Shown in pieces: positions 1 to 13,467 of a stretch of DNA of 64,000 nt. The stretch is from Octopus sinensis. Taxonomy: Eukaryota. The notes beneath the pieces are model-generated. The model was not told where the DNA came from, made no database searches, and saw nothing but the letters and a program-made list of their open reading frames with translations. The stretch is from NCBI RefSeq assembly GCF_006345805.1, contig NC_043015.1, positions 11,718,001 to 11,782,000 on the forward strand, in the 5' to 3' direction. A program made the translations under genes and the position numbers. Each line of letters begins with the position of its first letter. Position 1 is the stretch's first letter.

Positions 1-1779
1 ATATCCGAAGATATATACTAACACAAGATAATCGAGGCAATCCAAAACTGGTGAAATTCAAAGAGACCTAAAAAAAGCCAGTTTTCTAAGAAAAGGCATT
101 CGAGCATTTAACTTTCTATGACATCAGTAAATAACGAAAAAATAAAAAAAATTAACATCGGAATTCTACGTCTCGACAATTAGAAACAGAAATTTTACGT
201 CACGACAATTAGTCTATTAAATATGCTACATATATATATATATATAAGGTTAACGAATTAAGGTTAAGAAAATACGTATTAAACACAGTATCGAACCTTA
301 CTTTAAGGTAAGTCCCGGGTCGTGTGTCAGCGGAACACGTTCACCACTTATGGCTAGCAGGCATCATCAGCAAAGGCATGCAGACGTACACATTTATAAA
401 TATACTCGTGGGCACGCTCCAGCACACACTACATGTATGTATGTTTGTCAATCATACACGCTCAAGCTATACACACCTATACACGCGAATACATCCCTCA
501 GAGCACAAAGATTCCCCCACCCAGATACATACAGAGATTACATCAACACTGCCACCATGGAGCACACAGGTACACCCAGAGATACACTCACACAGGCACA
601 ATCACACCATCACATAATTCTCACAGACCCCCCCACACACACACAGACACCTTGCCCCGAAGCTGCTAACCTTGTGCCATATTTTGGAAACAATATTTCT
701 ACTACTTCTATAGATAGAACCTTTAGCACGATGGGCAAAATCCTTCGCTGCATTTCGTCCGTCTTTACATTCTTAGTTCAGATTCCGCTGAAGTCGATTC
801 TATCCTTCGCCTACTTCCAGTGATGGTGCACATATCATTCCTATACTACTACTACTGTTACCATTGTCACTACTACGAATAGTTCTATCATTATCACTCC
901 AGTAGTTCAGCTCTATCTCCCTAAGTCAGACGTATAGACCTGAAGAAGACCTGGACTATAGAAGGTATCTCGATCATGAAGCAGGCTATAGTGATCAAAG
1001 TTTTCCAAAACTAGCTGATTGACAGTTAAAACTATTAATCAAACATTCAGTAAGATAATTGGTTAAATGTTAATGAATTGACTAATAATAATGTAAGAAG
1101 TGAAATCGAACGAGTTCCTGTGTTCACAGCTGACCTTATGACCCACCCAAGATATACCAAAATCTGTTTCAAGACGCGAGTTCACATCAAGATTTTTGGT
1201 TTGCAAAAACGAAATTTGAATGAGATGTGACTGCTATTTCTAGAATTTTGATTGAGAGCCTCTCTCAATTCTTCGGTATCTGTTATATAATGTATTGGCT
1301 GATGTTATTGATCTAATAACTTGTAAAATATTTCCCTCCGCCCCCTCTAAAGTCAGTTGGTTGAGAACAATAACATTTGTGTACGTGTGCAAGTCTTATA
1401 GATGGATATACACTTTCCCTCAATGAACTCAATATTTATGTACACATATAAGCTATTCATTCGTACGCACGTTCAAATGTACATACGTGCGTATATATGT
1501 AATCGTGTATGTATGGATTCATGTAAATAAGTACCTATATATGGGGCTGTAAGTATTTATATATGCGTATTAAACTATTCATAATTTAATTATCTTCAAT
1601 ACGTCTAAAAAGAAATTTCTTTCGGCATGTATTCCGATTTGTGTCTGATGTGCGTATTTGAGCTTCTCTCTCTCCCCTCTTTCTCTCCCCCCCCATCTCT
1701 CTCTACCTATCTATCTATCTATTTCTCTATCTATATATCTATATCTATTTCTCTATCTCTCCTCTCTTTTCTCGCTCTT

Positions 1780-1965
1780 TGAATATCCACACACATGCAG
1801 ATGCGTGCATATATATGCATACACACAACTATATACAAATCTATATCTCTCTCTCATATATATATATATATATAATATATCTATAATATATATATATAAT
1901 TATATATATTATATATATATATATATATTCTTGTATGTATATGTATATATATACATATATACGTA

Positions 1966-2002
<37 letters not shown>

Positions 2003-2099
2003 GTGTATGTATGTATATTTATGTATGGATGTATATATATAAACATATGTATTATATATGTATTATATATATATGTGGTATATATTGTGTATGTATGTA

Positions 2100-2132
<33 letters not shown>

Positions 2133-2279
2133 TATGTGTATGTATGTATATATATGTATATATATGCATATAGTATGTATATATATATATACATATGTAT
2201 GCAAATCTATGTATGTGTATAATAATATATGTATATATATACATATGTATGTATGTATATATATATATACATATGTATG

Positions 2280-2316
<37 letters not shown>

Positions 2317-2410
2317 CATATATATATATATATATGTTGTATGTATGTATGTATGTATGTATGTAGTATGTATGTATGTATGTATGTATGTATGAATGTA
2401 TGTATGTATT
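1780..2410. repeat. Compound (TA)n/(TATG)n microsatellite
   Basis: Directly visible simple repeats; the overlapping YI/CV-rich ORFs are artefacts. Confidence 0.95.
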
Positions 2411-2629
2411 TCACTATTCATTAGTAAATGATTGATGGTTCTGCTGCGGTTTTGCTTTTGCGTTGAAAAATAAAGCGAACAACTCGTGGAAATTGTGTCC
2501 ATTATTAAAAGAACATGTGGATTAGATTATTAAATTCTTCTCGAACCATTCTCTGGTGATGGATTACAGTTTACGAAAATACTACTAAACAAATACCACG
2601 AAAACAACGACTTACCGCTCTCTTCTAAC

Positions 2630-2664
2630 TCTATCTATCCATCTATCTATCTATCTATCTATTC

Positions 2665-2699
<35 letters not shown>

Positions 2700-3395
2700 G
2701 TCTATCTATCTATCTCTCTTTCTAATCTCTGATTCTTTCTAATGCTTTGTTTCGTTTAATAGTTTTACACTCCATGTCCGCCTCTAACTCTCTCTTTCTC
2801 TCTCTCTCTCCGAATCTCCCCCTCTCTCTCTTTCTCTCTCTTTCTCTCTCTTTCTCTCTCTCTCTCTTTCTCTCTGTCTCTCTCTAGCGCGCACATACAT
2901 TCACTCTCTTTCTCTGTTTATCTATTTTCATTCCATCACCCTCTGCCTCTTGGCATATCTATTTTGCTGAAATCTATTTCATTCAGCTAAATATACTTAA
3001 CTTCTTTTCGAAACAGTTAGCGTTATATGTATGCACGTATGTATGCACGTATGTATGTATGTATGTATGTATGTATGTATGTATGTATGTATGTATGTAT
3101 GTATGTATGTATGTATGTATGTATGTATGTATGTATGTATGCATGTATGTATGTATGTATGCATTTATGTATGTATGCTTGAATGTATGTATGCATGTAT
3201 GTGTATTGATACATAAATAGATAGATAGATAGATAGATATATAGATAGATAGATAGATAGATAGATAGGTAGATAGATAGATAGATAGATAGACAGATAG
3301 ATATGCATGAATATGTATATTTGTATGTAGGTATGTATATAGTTAAATATGTATATATATATGTGTGTGTGTGTGTGTGCGTTTCTCTGTGTGTG

Positions 3396-3479
<84 letters not shown>

Positions 3480-3519
3480 TGTATATAGATAGATAGATAC
3501 ATAGATACATAGATACATG

Positions 3520-3579
<60 letters not shown>

Positions 3580-3650
3580 TACATACATACAAACACATAT
3601 GTACATGCATACATACATGCATACATGCATACATACATACATACATACGT
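2630..3650. repeat. Compound (TCTA)n, (TC)n, (TATG)n, (GATA)n, (TACA)n microsatellite block
   Basis: Directly visible. Confidence 0.95.
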
Positions 3651-3989
3651 ACAAGGATGGGTGGAAGGATGGATGGATGGAATGGATGCCTGAGAATATC
3701 CATGTGTGTGTGTGTTTGTGTGTGTATGTGTTTGTTTATGCGTGTGCCTCTTTCTGTATGTGTATGCCTGTGTGACTGAGTGCATGTGTGGAACGCAAGA
3801 AACAACCGCGCTTGCTTCCAACCATCGATTAAAAGCCATACATCTCAGCTCATAATAGATTTTATTAATCGAAATAATAACCAGCAGAATCTATTCATGT
3901 TTACTAGCAGAACAATTCTAGCATAATATATTCTATAGTCCTGTAACCGATTAATTCTTCGAATGCATTTCAAGATCCAGCTGATGGAT

Positions 3990-4400
3990 GTTTGATTTCT
4001 TTTATAGGAAGCCTCGCAGATACTTCAATTGTTAATACACGGTCGCAGTGGACTGCCCTAAGCTAGGAACGAGTTTCGTAGCCCTGGGCATTGAATATAT
4101 GCAAGTGTGAGGTAGAGCTATTGCCATTTCAGATAAGGTCCTGCAAAATCAGTTGTTTCTATGGGGAAACTTCACATTAAGGTGTGGAACGTACAATTTC
4201 TTGTTATTCAGAACACCTCATTGTCCCGGCAGACAAAATGGAAAAAGTGAAGGATGGAGAGAGAGATGTGCTGGACTAGCCACTCTGACTCACGAGGCTT
4301 GCTCTTGTGGATATCTGCAATTCGATATATGTGAAGATCATGGACGTCATTGTAATAAAGGATTATTGCTGTTTTCGATTGGTTACTGGTAGTCGTAAAA
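3990..4400 (-). mobile_element. Highly eroded BEL/Pao LTR-retrotransposon integrase fragment
   Basis: Manual minus-strand translation across frameshifts gives HDLH...RESEW...FVCRD (HHCC-like), FPIETTDFAGPYLK (cf. PF..TGVDFAGP) and RATKLVPSL (cf. RAVHLELV.SL). Confidence 0.4.
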
Positions 4401-4629
4401 TCTGCAGTCCTTGGTCATCTTGTCGATTTCTTGTGAATATATATATATCTGCAATGATTTTTAACTTCGCTAGGATTGAACGAATAGTTCTTATTGATTC
4501 CATTTTGTCATCATCAGATGAACATAATTTTGCTTCAATGCATCTTTGCCGCGGGAGCATGTCTCAAGGTTTCACCCCCTTCCACCTACTGCACAGAATG
4601 CCATCGCTTATCTCATAGAATCCATTTGT

Positions 4630-4865
4630 GAAGGCGGCGAGCTGGCAGAAACGTTAGCGCGCCGGGCGAAATGCTTAGCGGTATTTCGTCTGCCGTTACG
4701 TTCTGGGTTCAAATTCCGCCGAGGCCGATTTTGCCTTTCATCCTTTCGGGATACACAAATTAAGTACCAGTTACGCACTGGGGTCGATGTAACCGACTTA
4801 ATACCTTTGTCTGTCCTTATTTGTCCCCTCTATGTTTAGCCCCTTGTGGGCAATAAAGAAATAAT
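4630..4865 (+). mobile_element. tRNA-derived SINE, family A (GGCGGCGAGCTGGCAGAAACGTTAGC head)
   Basis: A-box-like TGGCAGAAACG, B-box GGTTCAAATTCC, conserved body (GTCGACTTTGCCTTTCATCCTTTCGGG) and AATAAAGAAATA tail; more than 12 copies in this window. Confidence 0.85.
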
Positions 4866-4955
4866 TTATATATGTAAGCTTATATAGTAAAATAGTTCTA
4901 TATATGTATGTGTGTGTGCCCTTGCATGTATAACAAACGCACACGCGCATGCACG

Positions 4956-4994
<39 letters not shown>

Positions 4995-5814
4995 GTACAC
5001 AGACATACATATACACATACAGGTACCACACACATTCGAACACATACACACGACGCGCGCGCGTAGATACACACACATACAAACACACACACTTATATAT
5101 GTATACATATGACGTTAGATAAATTTTTGTATATTATTCGTTTGATTTACACGCTTTTAACGCAAAAGTCATAACATGTTGGCATTGCTAAAGGTGTTTT
5201 CAAATGAAGACATATTTGGGATTCGTCAGATAAAAATACTGTCTGGGTTTATTACTAGCGGGTTGGGTATAGGAAAGTAAAGACATGTTGTGTCATTTTT
5301 CATGAGGTTTTCCTTTTATTATAGTCGTTTGATGATAAACATGTTTCAATTTCATCTTTTGGAGGTTTGAAACTGGGCAAAATACAGACGACTTGAAAAA
5401 GAAATATTAAACACTATATCGATGATCAAAGTATATACAAACCTATATATAATAAAGTATGTATGTATTTATAATTGCTTCGCTTAATATATTTGTACTA
5501 CTGCAACTATATATATAAACGTGTACAATATAAATAAGTGTGTGTGTGTGTGTAAGTGCGTTCGCGTGTGCGTGTGTTATGCATGCATAGGCACACACAC
5601 ATACATATATAGAACTATATTTCTATACAAGCCTACATATATAAATATATATGTATGTATATGTATATATAAATGTATGTGTGTGTGTGTTGTGCGTATG
5701 TGTGTACATATACATATATATGTACGTTTATATATATATATATACACGCGCGCATATATATAATGTGTATATACGTATATGTATGTATGTAAGTAGATAG
5801 GTAGGTAGTTCGAT

Positions 5815-5816
5815 CG

Positions 5817-5856
<40 letters not shown>

Positions 5857-5857
5857 G

Positions 5858-5888
<31 letters not shown>

Positions 5889-5889
5889 G

Positions 5890-5960
<71 letters not shown>

Positions 5961-5985
5961 GGATAGATAGATAGATAGATAGATG

Positions 5986-6036
<51 letters not shown>

Positions 6037-6037
6037 G

Positions 6038-6112
<75 letters not shown>

Positions 6113-6115
6113 GGA
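5815..6115. repeat. (GATA)n microsatellite
   Basis: Directly visible. Confidence 0.97.
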
Positions 6116-6341
6116 GATGCATATATGTGCGTGTTGATTTCTAGTTTTCAACACTTTGAAAAACTGGACATAACCTGTAATTTCAAAACATGAAACCTAT
6201 TTTAATTAACTTCCATGTTTCATGAAAGTTAGTAGGTAACGTTTAATAGAATTTCATGGCTCTCGTGATCTTTATATACATGTGTATGTGTGTGAATACA
6301 CAGATACACAATTACACACACACACTCACATATACATATAT

Positions 6342-6420
<79 letters not shown>

Positions 6421-6518
6421 CGGGAAGGTTTACGAAAATAAACAAAAGACGAAGGCAGGTGGAGTACAAACAAACAAATGTATTAGTATAGCGCTCAGGA
6501 ATAGAAATAGAAAAAAGT

Positions 6519-6554
6519 CTTTTACGTTTCGAGCCTACGCTCTTCGACAGAAAG
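6519..6554 (-). ncRNA. Minimal type I hammerhead-like motif (variant core CUGUCGA) in a short (TA)n-anchored repeat at 6420-6595
   Basis: Minus strand reads CTTT-CTGTCGA-A-GAGC gtag GCTC-GAAACGTA-AAAG: stem I CTTT/AAAG, stem II GAGC/GCTC, palindromic ACGT stem III. Sister copy at 50263-50298. Confidence 0.55.
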
Positions 6555-7296
6555 ATACAGAGAAAAGAAACAAGGAGAGAAACAAGGAGAGAAAATCTAG
6601 CTGATTATATTTCGTATGGTCAGATTACTCCCCGTAAGTAATTTCGCTAATCAATGGTAGTAATTCATTCTTTTATATGCTCCGGTATATGTGCGTCAGG
6701 TTGTCGTCGGTCTGCAGGATTTGACAGTTTGGCATCAACAGTCACCATTCATTGATACGTATTATATTTATTGGCTGGATCATATTAGGTACCAATCATA
6801 TTAGGTACCAATGATAGTAAACCAACGAAGAAACAGTTTTCTGTAGAAAAACAAGGATTATATACGCTAAATATTCGTATGGCCAAACTAGAGTTAGCGT
6901 GGTCTTCCCAGATTATCAGTGGCCTGTGGTTTCAACATCATTGACCACGCATATCTTTGTTGCAACAGTAGGATAAATTGCTTTTCCCCGTGATGGATAC
7001 TGCAAGCTGTCGCACTATGATTGGTTTATTACTGAGGTTTAGTGAGCCTGTAAGAAGATACCCGTGTCAGTAATACTACATGGGATGTTGCTGTAGTCAT
7101 TTCATATGTCATGCAGTTTCCAGATGAGTTGGGACTGGGAAGTAGAATTTACTCTACTTCTACTCAAAAAGTTTTGTATTTGTTGCAGAAACCTTCACTT
7201 GAATTTATTAAATGTAATGCACTAGTAGTGTCCTGTCATGCCATTATACAGTAAGAAATATACAAACTGATCTATGTATCTCCTATGTGTATATGC

Positions 7297-7605
7297 GAAG
7301 GCGCATGGCTTAGAAGTTAGGGTATTCAGCTCACAACCGTGAGAGTTGTAGGTTAGATTCCAGGAGATACATTGTATCATTGAGCAAGACATTTTATATC
7401 GCATTGCTCCAGTCCAGTAAGCAGGGGCAAAAAGGAGGTGCACATGTATCTCAAACAGGCGGCATTGTCACATTCTGTCAATATCCTGAGATAATGCTAA
7501 GGGTGCGAGTGGCTGTGGAGTTCTCAGCCGCTTACACATATATTTGACGAACAGGATCGGATCAACTGGAACACCTATCGTAGTTACCGATGGAGTGCCA
7601 TCGGA
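7297..7605 (+). mobile_element. tRNA-derived SINE, family C (GGCGCATGGC head, CORE-like central TGCTCCAGTCCA)
   Basis: Degenerate A/B boxes; matches copies at 9714 and 34100. Confidence 0.7.
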
Positions 7606-7822
7606 AAACAGCCGTTATCTCTGTTATGTCTTGCTTTGTATCAATAAACAAGCTTTAAATGTGGTCCTGTCGATGTATTGGTTAATCTGTTTTTCTTCAT
7701 TTTCTAATTATTTGCATTATATAAGGAATTCTGGATAGATTTCTTCAAGGAATACCAGATTTTTAAGGTATCATCTAAATAAAGATATGGTTTTCTCTGT
7801 ACATATTATTGTTAATATTATT

Positions 7823-9056
7823 TGTTATAAGCAATACATGAGCATGTTATCAAAAATGAACCTACATGCATCCAGATGTAGCTAAATAATATACTGATTA
7901 CCAACCTCCAGCCTCCAAATATGCGCCAAACGTAAATAATATAAATAATGAAGCTCCAGCCTGTTGTTAATTTGGGACTCTAGTCTGTGAATGAGTATAG
8001 CTTCCTTAATTCTGAAATTACCCAAATTTCTTTCATTAGCCTCAATTGTGACTTTTATGCTTTTGTCGGTGTTCCAGCATCTGTCTAAATGTTTTCTGAA
8101 GGAGGAGGCTCTCATGTTCAAATGTTCTTTGATGCGGACGTGTAACGATCTTGTGCTACCCACATAGAACTTGTTGCATTTGTTACATTGTATTCTATAC
8201 GCAAAATTTACCCGCTGGCACAAATCTGTGTTACGGTTGGGACAGTCCGTTAGTGTGCATTGATTGTTGTCCCTTTTACGTTTCTTTGCGAGGTGTCCTC
8301 TCAGAGAGGGAGCGAAGTGGGCTTCTTGTATGTCTAGCCCTTCTCTTCTTATGGCTCTTCGGATAGATGTAGCTATCCTGTCGCTGAAATCGGGTATTTT
8401 AACGAAGCATGTGAGGCTGGATTTCCTGTGTGTTCGGCGTGTTGGTTGTCTTGGGTACTTAAGCCGATTTACAACAGATCTAGATTACCCGTTGATTTTC
8501 AATATATCTAGGAAACGTGTAGTGTGGGCTACCTTGTCCTCTGTCCTACTACACTTGCTCTGGATGCGTGCAAGTTCATTTCTGGCGTATCCTATTTTGG
8601 CGGCGAGTGGAAGTGCCTAATTGTACAGGACAAACATATCTCTACCGGTTGATTTCAAGTAGAACTCGGTGTGGATCTCCCCTTCTTCCGTTATATTCAG
8701 ATGGAAGACAAGTAGTGATAGTGATCCAATGATGTCGGGATGTTCTATAGTGAACTTTATGTTCATGTCCATGTTATTGAACGTCGTGAAGATTCTTTCA
8801 GCCTCTTCACGGGAGAATGTGAGTATGAGGATGTCATCTGCGTACCTGATGAAGAAGGCGCATGAGCGGCAAATGTTGAGTGCACGACGTTCCAGGTGGT
8901 TCATATAATTTAAGAATTAAGGAAGCTATACTCATACACAGGCTAGGGCCCCAAATTAACAACGGGCTGGAGGTTGGTAATCAATATATTATTTAGCTAC
9001 ATCTGGATGCGTGCATTTTCATTTTCCCTATCATCCTCATGTATTGATTATAACCA
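7823..9056 (-). mobile_element. 5'-truncated Penelope-like element (RT C-terminus + GIY-YIG endonuclease), frameshifted, with an inverted 5' copy of its 3' end
   Basis: ORF 8617-8904 has FFIRYADD and NIKFTIE (PLE RT). ORF 7882-8223 has AYRIQCNKCNKFYVGSTRSLHVRIKEH...IKEAILI...QIN (GIY-YIG). 8966-9056 is the reverse complement of 7823-7915. Confidence 0.92.
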
Positions 9057-9099
9057 AAAAAAAGAGAAAAAAATGAAGTGGAAAAAAAGGAAGCTGCAC

Positions 9100-9660
9100 G
9101 TATAACACCTAACTTAGAAGCAGCGATACAGATGTGCCAGCAAACACGAGATTGAGACATGGCCGATCTCACGCACTCCTCATGAGGAATTCCGGAAGGA
9201 GCATCATGAGACCACTGCTGAGATGCTTCCGGAAAAAAAAACCCAGAAAAGCCGTTGGAAAACCGATTATAGCAGGAACTCCATCAATTCCTTGGGATAT
9301 CCATTGTCTGATGTGATATTTCGGAATGCAATAAATTTCTTCAGATATCCCTAGGAATTGATGGAGTCAATATCTGGCCCTCTAGCTCGCCAGATTTGAA
9401 TCCCTGTGATTGTTGGCTATGGGGCACAGTTGAACCAATATCCAACACAACTCCTCACAACTGTGTGTCTTCACTAAAGGCTTCGATCAAGCGAGAATTC
9501 TATAAAATAAAAAATGAAGAAATAGTTAAGCCATGCGCAACATTTCGGAAACGGATTGAACTGGTAAAGAAAGCGAATAGCGATCACATTGAACTGAAAC
9601 AGGTGCTGGACATTCCACAATAAACTGGCATAAAGTATAAAATTTGTTCTTTCATTTTTC
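9100..9660 (+). mobile_element. Tc1/mariner superfamily (maT/DD37D-like) transposase 3' remnant
   Basis: IWPSSSPDLNPCDCWLWGTVE...PHNCVSSLKASI...CATFRKRIELV...HIE. Confidence 0.8.
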
Positions 9661-9713
9661 CGAGTTATACCAATTATGATAAAATATTTAAATGGTTCCA
9701 ATTTACCTGTTGT

Positions 9714-9945
9714 GGAGGAGCGTGGCTTGGTGGTTTGGGTGTCACCATCATGTTCGTAAGATTGTGGTTTCGATTCCTGGACCAGGCGACGCAAAACACT
9801 TCATTTCACGTTGCTCCAGTCCACTCAGCTGGCAAAAATGAGTAACGCTGCGATGGACTGGCGTCCTGTCCAGCTGGGGAACACATACGCCATTGAAACC
9901 GGGAAACCGGACCCATGAACCTGGCTAGGCTTCAAAAGGGCGCAT
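9714..9945 (+). mobile_element. tRNA-derived SINE, family C
   Basis: TGGCTTGGTGG A-box, GGTTTCGATTCC B-box, TGCTCCAGTCCACTCAGCTG core. Confidence 0.75.
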
Positions 9946-10602
9946 TTATTTTTTTTTAATTTGCCTGTTACACCCTATACATACTTCCCATTCGTGCGAT
10001 TTAACTCCCGTGTATTTCTTTGTATACGAACACTCCATTGCTCTAAGAGAGTGTTTCCTGAGGCATATTTCTGTGTAATGACTCTTTTTTAGTAAACATT
10101 TTACAATGTAAGTGTTCCTCATCAATGTCCTATTAACTTACTGTTGTTTCATTCCTGATGAAGAAATATAACAATCTTCTATTTTCTTTTTCACACTGAC
10201 AAGGTACTTCTTCAATGTTTTTTCCGTTTTTTGATACCAAGTTTCGTAGTTTTGGTATCAAAGGTTTTCACGTAGATATTGAACCATTATTGGTCTAGAA
10301 TTGATTCTTTTCTTATTTAACACCCAAAGCACGTCACTGTGAGCTTGTGTTTTTTCGTTTTTTTTGTGTGTGTAGATCTTGAATGATAAATGCCTTTCTT
10401 ACGTAAATCGTAGGCATAAAGCTTGAAGAATCCTGTCATAAAATGCGCACCTGTGTTTCTGTGTACATCCGTGTGTGAAGTGTAACCGTATGTGTGCTTG
10501 TATGCCTCAATGTGTTTCTGTGTGCGTATCTGAATGTTCTACACCATATATTTGGCTCCATATTTTAGGTATATATATTCTTTGATAAATCATTTGTAAT
10601 AT

Positions 10603-11250
10603 TCATTACAAATTTGGGCTCGAGGACAGCAATTTCGGGGAGGGGAGCAAATCGATGACACGATCCCGGTCCTCAACTGGTACATATTTTATCGACCCTA
10701 AAAGGATGAAAGGCAAAGTCAACCTCCGCGCAATTTGAACTCAGAATGTAGACAGGGACGACATGATGCTTAGCATCTGGCCCAGCGTGTTAACAACTCT
10801 GCGAACTCGCCGCCTTAAATTATACAGAAATATTACTTTCAAATTTTGGCGCAAGCCCGGCAATTTCGGAAAGGGTGTAAGCCGATTATAGCGATCCCAG
10901 TATTAGACTGGTAGTTATTTTATCGACCCCAAAAGTGGCCTCGGCTGAATTTGAACTCAGCCCTAGATGAATTTGAAGTCAGAACGTAAGGACGGACGAA
11001 ATGCTGCTAATCAACGTGCATGGCATAGTAAAGATTCTTATTTCTTTATTGCCCACAAGGGGCTAAACATAGAGGAGACAAACAAGGACAGACAAAAGTA
11101 TTCAGTCGATTACGTCGACCCCAGTGCGCAACTGGTACTTAATTTATCGACCCCGAAAGGATGAAAGGCAAAGTCGACCTCGGCGGAATTTGAACTCAGA
11201 ACGTAGCGGCAGACGAAATAACGCTAACGATTCTGCCAGCTGACCACCTT
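10603..11250 (-). mobile_element. Cluster of three family A SINE copies (10603-10817, 10835-11030, 11038-11250)
   Basis: Reverse complement of the family A body and head in each copy. Confidence 0.8.
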
Positions 11251-11829
11251 AGAAATTATTTGTAATATTAACACAAAATCGACCCATGTCTGTCTAATGC
11301 TTCTCTCATTTATCGCCCTTTTTTTCTTGAACACTATTCGTTTTATCATTGATAAAAAGTTTTGTATATTAACACGATTATTTTCCACCATGTATTCGTT
11401 CACATCTCGACTAAAGATTTAACCATATATTTCATATCGAGACCATGCTTATCCAGTGTGTATCTGTTTGTTTTCTAAATTAAATTTGTAGACATAACAA
11501 TCTTTTACTAGTTTCTTTTGCATACTGACAGGGTATTTCTTCAGTGTTTATCCGCTTTTTGATAACAAGTTTCGTACTTTAGTGAAAGTTTTCATGCAGA
11601 TATTGAACCACTTTTGATCTCGAATTCATTCTTTTATTATTTTTAGTTTTATCTTTATTTATTATTTTATTCTATTTTTGCTAAACTACTATTCTAGACA
11701 AATTATTGCCCACGTATTTGAAGGTGGTGACTTTTTGTACATCTCTGCATTTCTTAGTACGTGAAGCGGCCATGTTTTGAAAAGAATGCTCGACTAAAAA
11801 ACTTTCAACTGATTCAAATTTATGTGTAA

Positions 11830-12500
11830 TCTAAGACATCAAGCTGGTAGAATCGTTAGCAGGCCGAGCAAAATGTGCAACGGCATTTTGTCTTTGTCCT
11901 TACGTTCTGAGTTCAAATTCTGCCGAGGTCGACTTTACTTTTCATCCTTTCGGCATCGATTACATAAGTACCAGTTGGACACTGGAGTCGACATAATTGA
12001 CTTAAACCCTTCCCGAAATTCCCGGCCTTGTGCTAAAATTTGAAATTAATATTTGCAAGCAATTTAAGGCGGCGAGCTGGCAGAATCGTTAGAATGCCGG
12101 GCAATATGCGTAACATTATCTAGTTCGTCTTTACATTCTGTGTTCAAATTCCGCTGAGATCGACTTAGCTTTTCATCCTTTGGGGCGCGATGAAATAAGT
12201 ACTAACTGAGTACAAGAATTGATGTAATCACCGAACTCCCTTCTCTGAAACTGCTAGACATGTGCCAAAGTTTGATGCTAATATTTCTGTGTAATCAATT
12301 TGGTGAACCGGTATAATCGTTAGCACACCGGGCAATTCGATTAACAGCATTTCATCTGCTATTGGGTTTTGAGTTCAAAGGCAGTCAGGGTCGATTCTGC
12401 AGTTTACCCTTCGGGTTCGATAAAATAAATAGTAGTTGAGCACTGGAGTCGTTGTAATCGACTTACCCGAAGCCCAAATTGCTGGCTATGTGCCAATATT
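11830..12500 (+). mobile_element. Cluster of three diverged family A SINE copies (11830-12050, 12064-12285, 12300-12500)
   Basis: Repeated AGCTGGCAGAATCGTTAG...GTTCAAATTC...GTCGAC motifs. Confidence 0.8.
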
Positions 12501-13289
12501 CCTGTCCAATGACATTTCTTCAGCAAACGTTTTAATGCTAAATGCTTCATAACGTAGTTGATATACGATTTCAATTGAAGACGCTCTAATGGCAAATAGA
12601 TTTAATTTTTGCATTACTCCTCATCAAGTAACAATTTTAAACATGGAAGATAACAGCGCCCTGTTTATATCACGTAGAGTTGATATGTGAATTATGTTGA
12701 ATGCCCAAATACTGACAATACTCAATACGTAAAAATAAGAAGGTTGTTTCTTATAAGGCCTTCCCTTGTAAATTGTTTATTTATGTGTTGGGAAATTAAA
12801 TAAATATTTTTCTTTAATTATATGCGTCTATTCCAAAGAAGGAAAAATCTGAGTTCCGAGTAGTATATGCATAGAGAATTAACATGATCCTTGGCCAAGA
12901 AATTTTCCACTAATTGATTTCGAGTCGTTTGTCTTAACAACAAACACACATAGACACACACGAACACATGCCCAAACGCACATGGACACATACAAACAAA
13001 CACATGCACACATACACACACAAACACACATACATATACATATTTAAGTATGCATGTATGTGAATGTATGCGTATAAGCATGTGTGTGTATGTATGTGCG
13101 TGGATTTGTGCCTGCCTATGCGTACGGACGTAGGTATTTATCTGTGCTCCTGTGTGCTTTTACATATATGTACGTGTAATTGCATACACGCAAACATTCA
13201 TATGCAGGCATTCACGTGCATATGTATTTATAGAAGTAATATTATATTTATATGCACATATATTAATATATATATATATATATACACAT

Positions 13290-13435
13290 CGTTATATACA
13301 TGCATATAATCCATGCATACATGCAGACACATGCATGCATACATACATACATACATACATGCATACATACATACATACATACATACACACATACATGCAT
13401 ACATATATACATACATACATACATGCATGCACACA

Positions 13436-13467
<32 letters not shown>

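Noticed and set aside
325-380. Minus-strand CTGATGA...GAAC and plus-strand CTGAAGA at 939 as hammerheads
   Set aside because: Both lack an intact GAAA and convincing stems; possibly decayed, but not supportable.
8845-8860. CCTGATGAAG motif
   Set aside because: It is the antisense of the FFIRY codons of the PLE RT; no GAAA partner.
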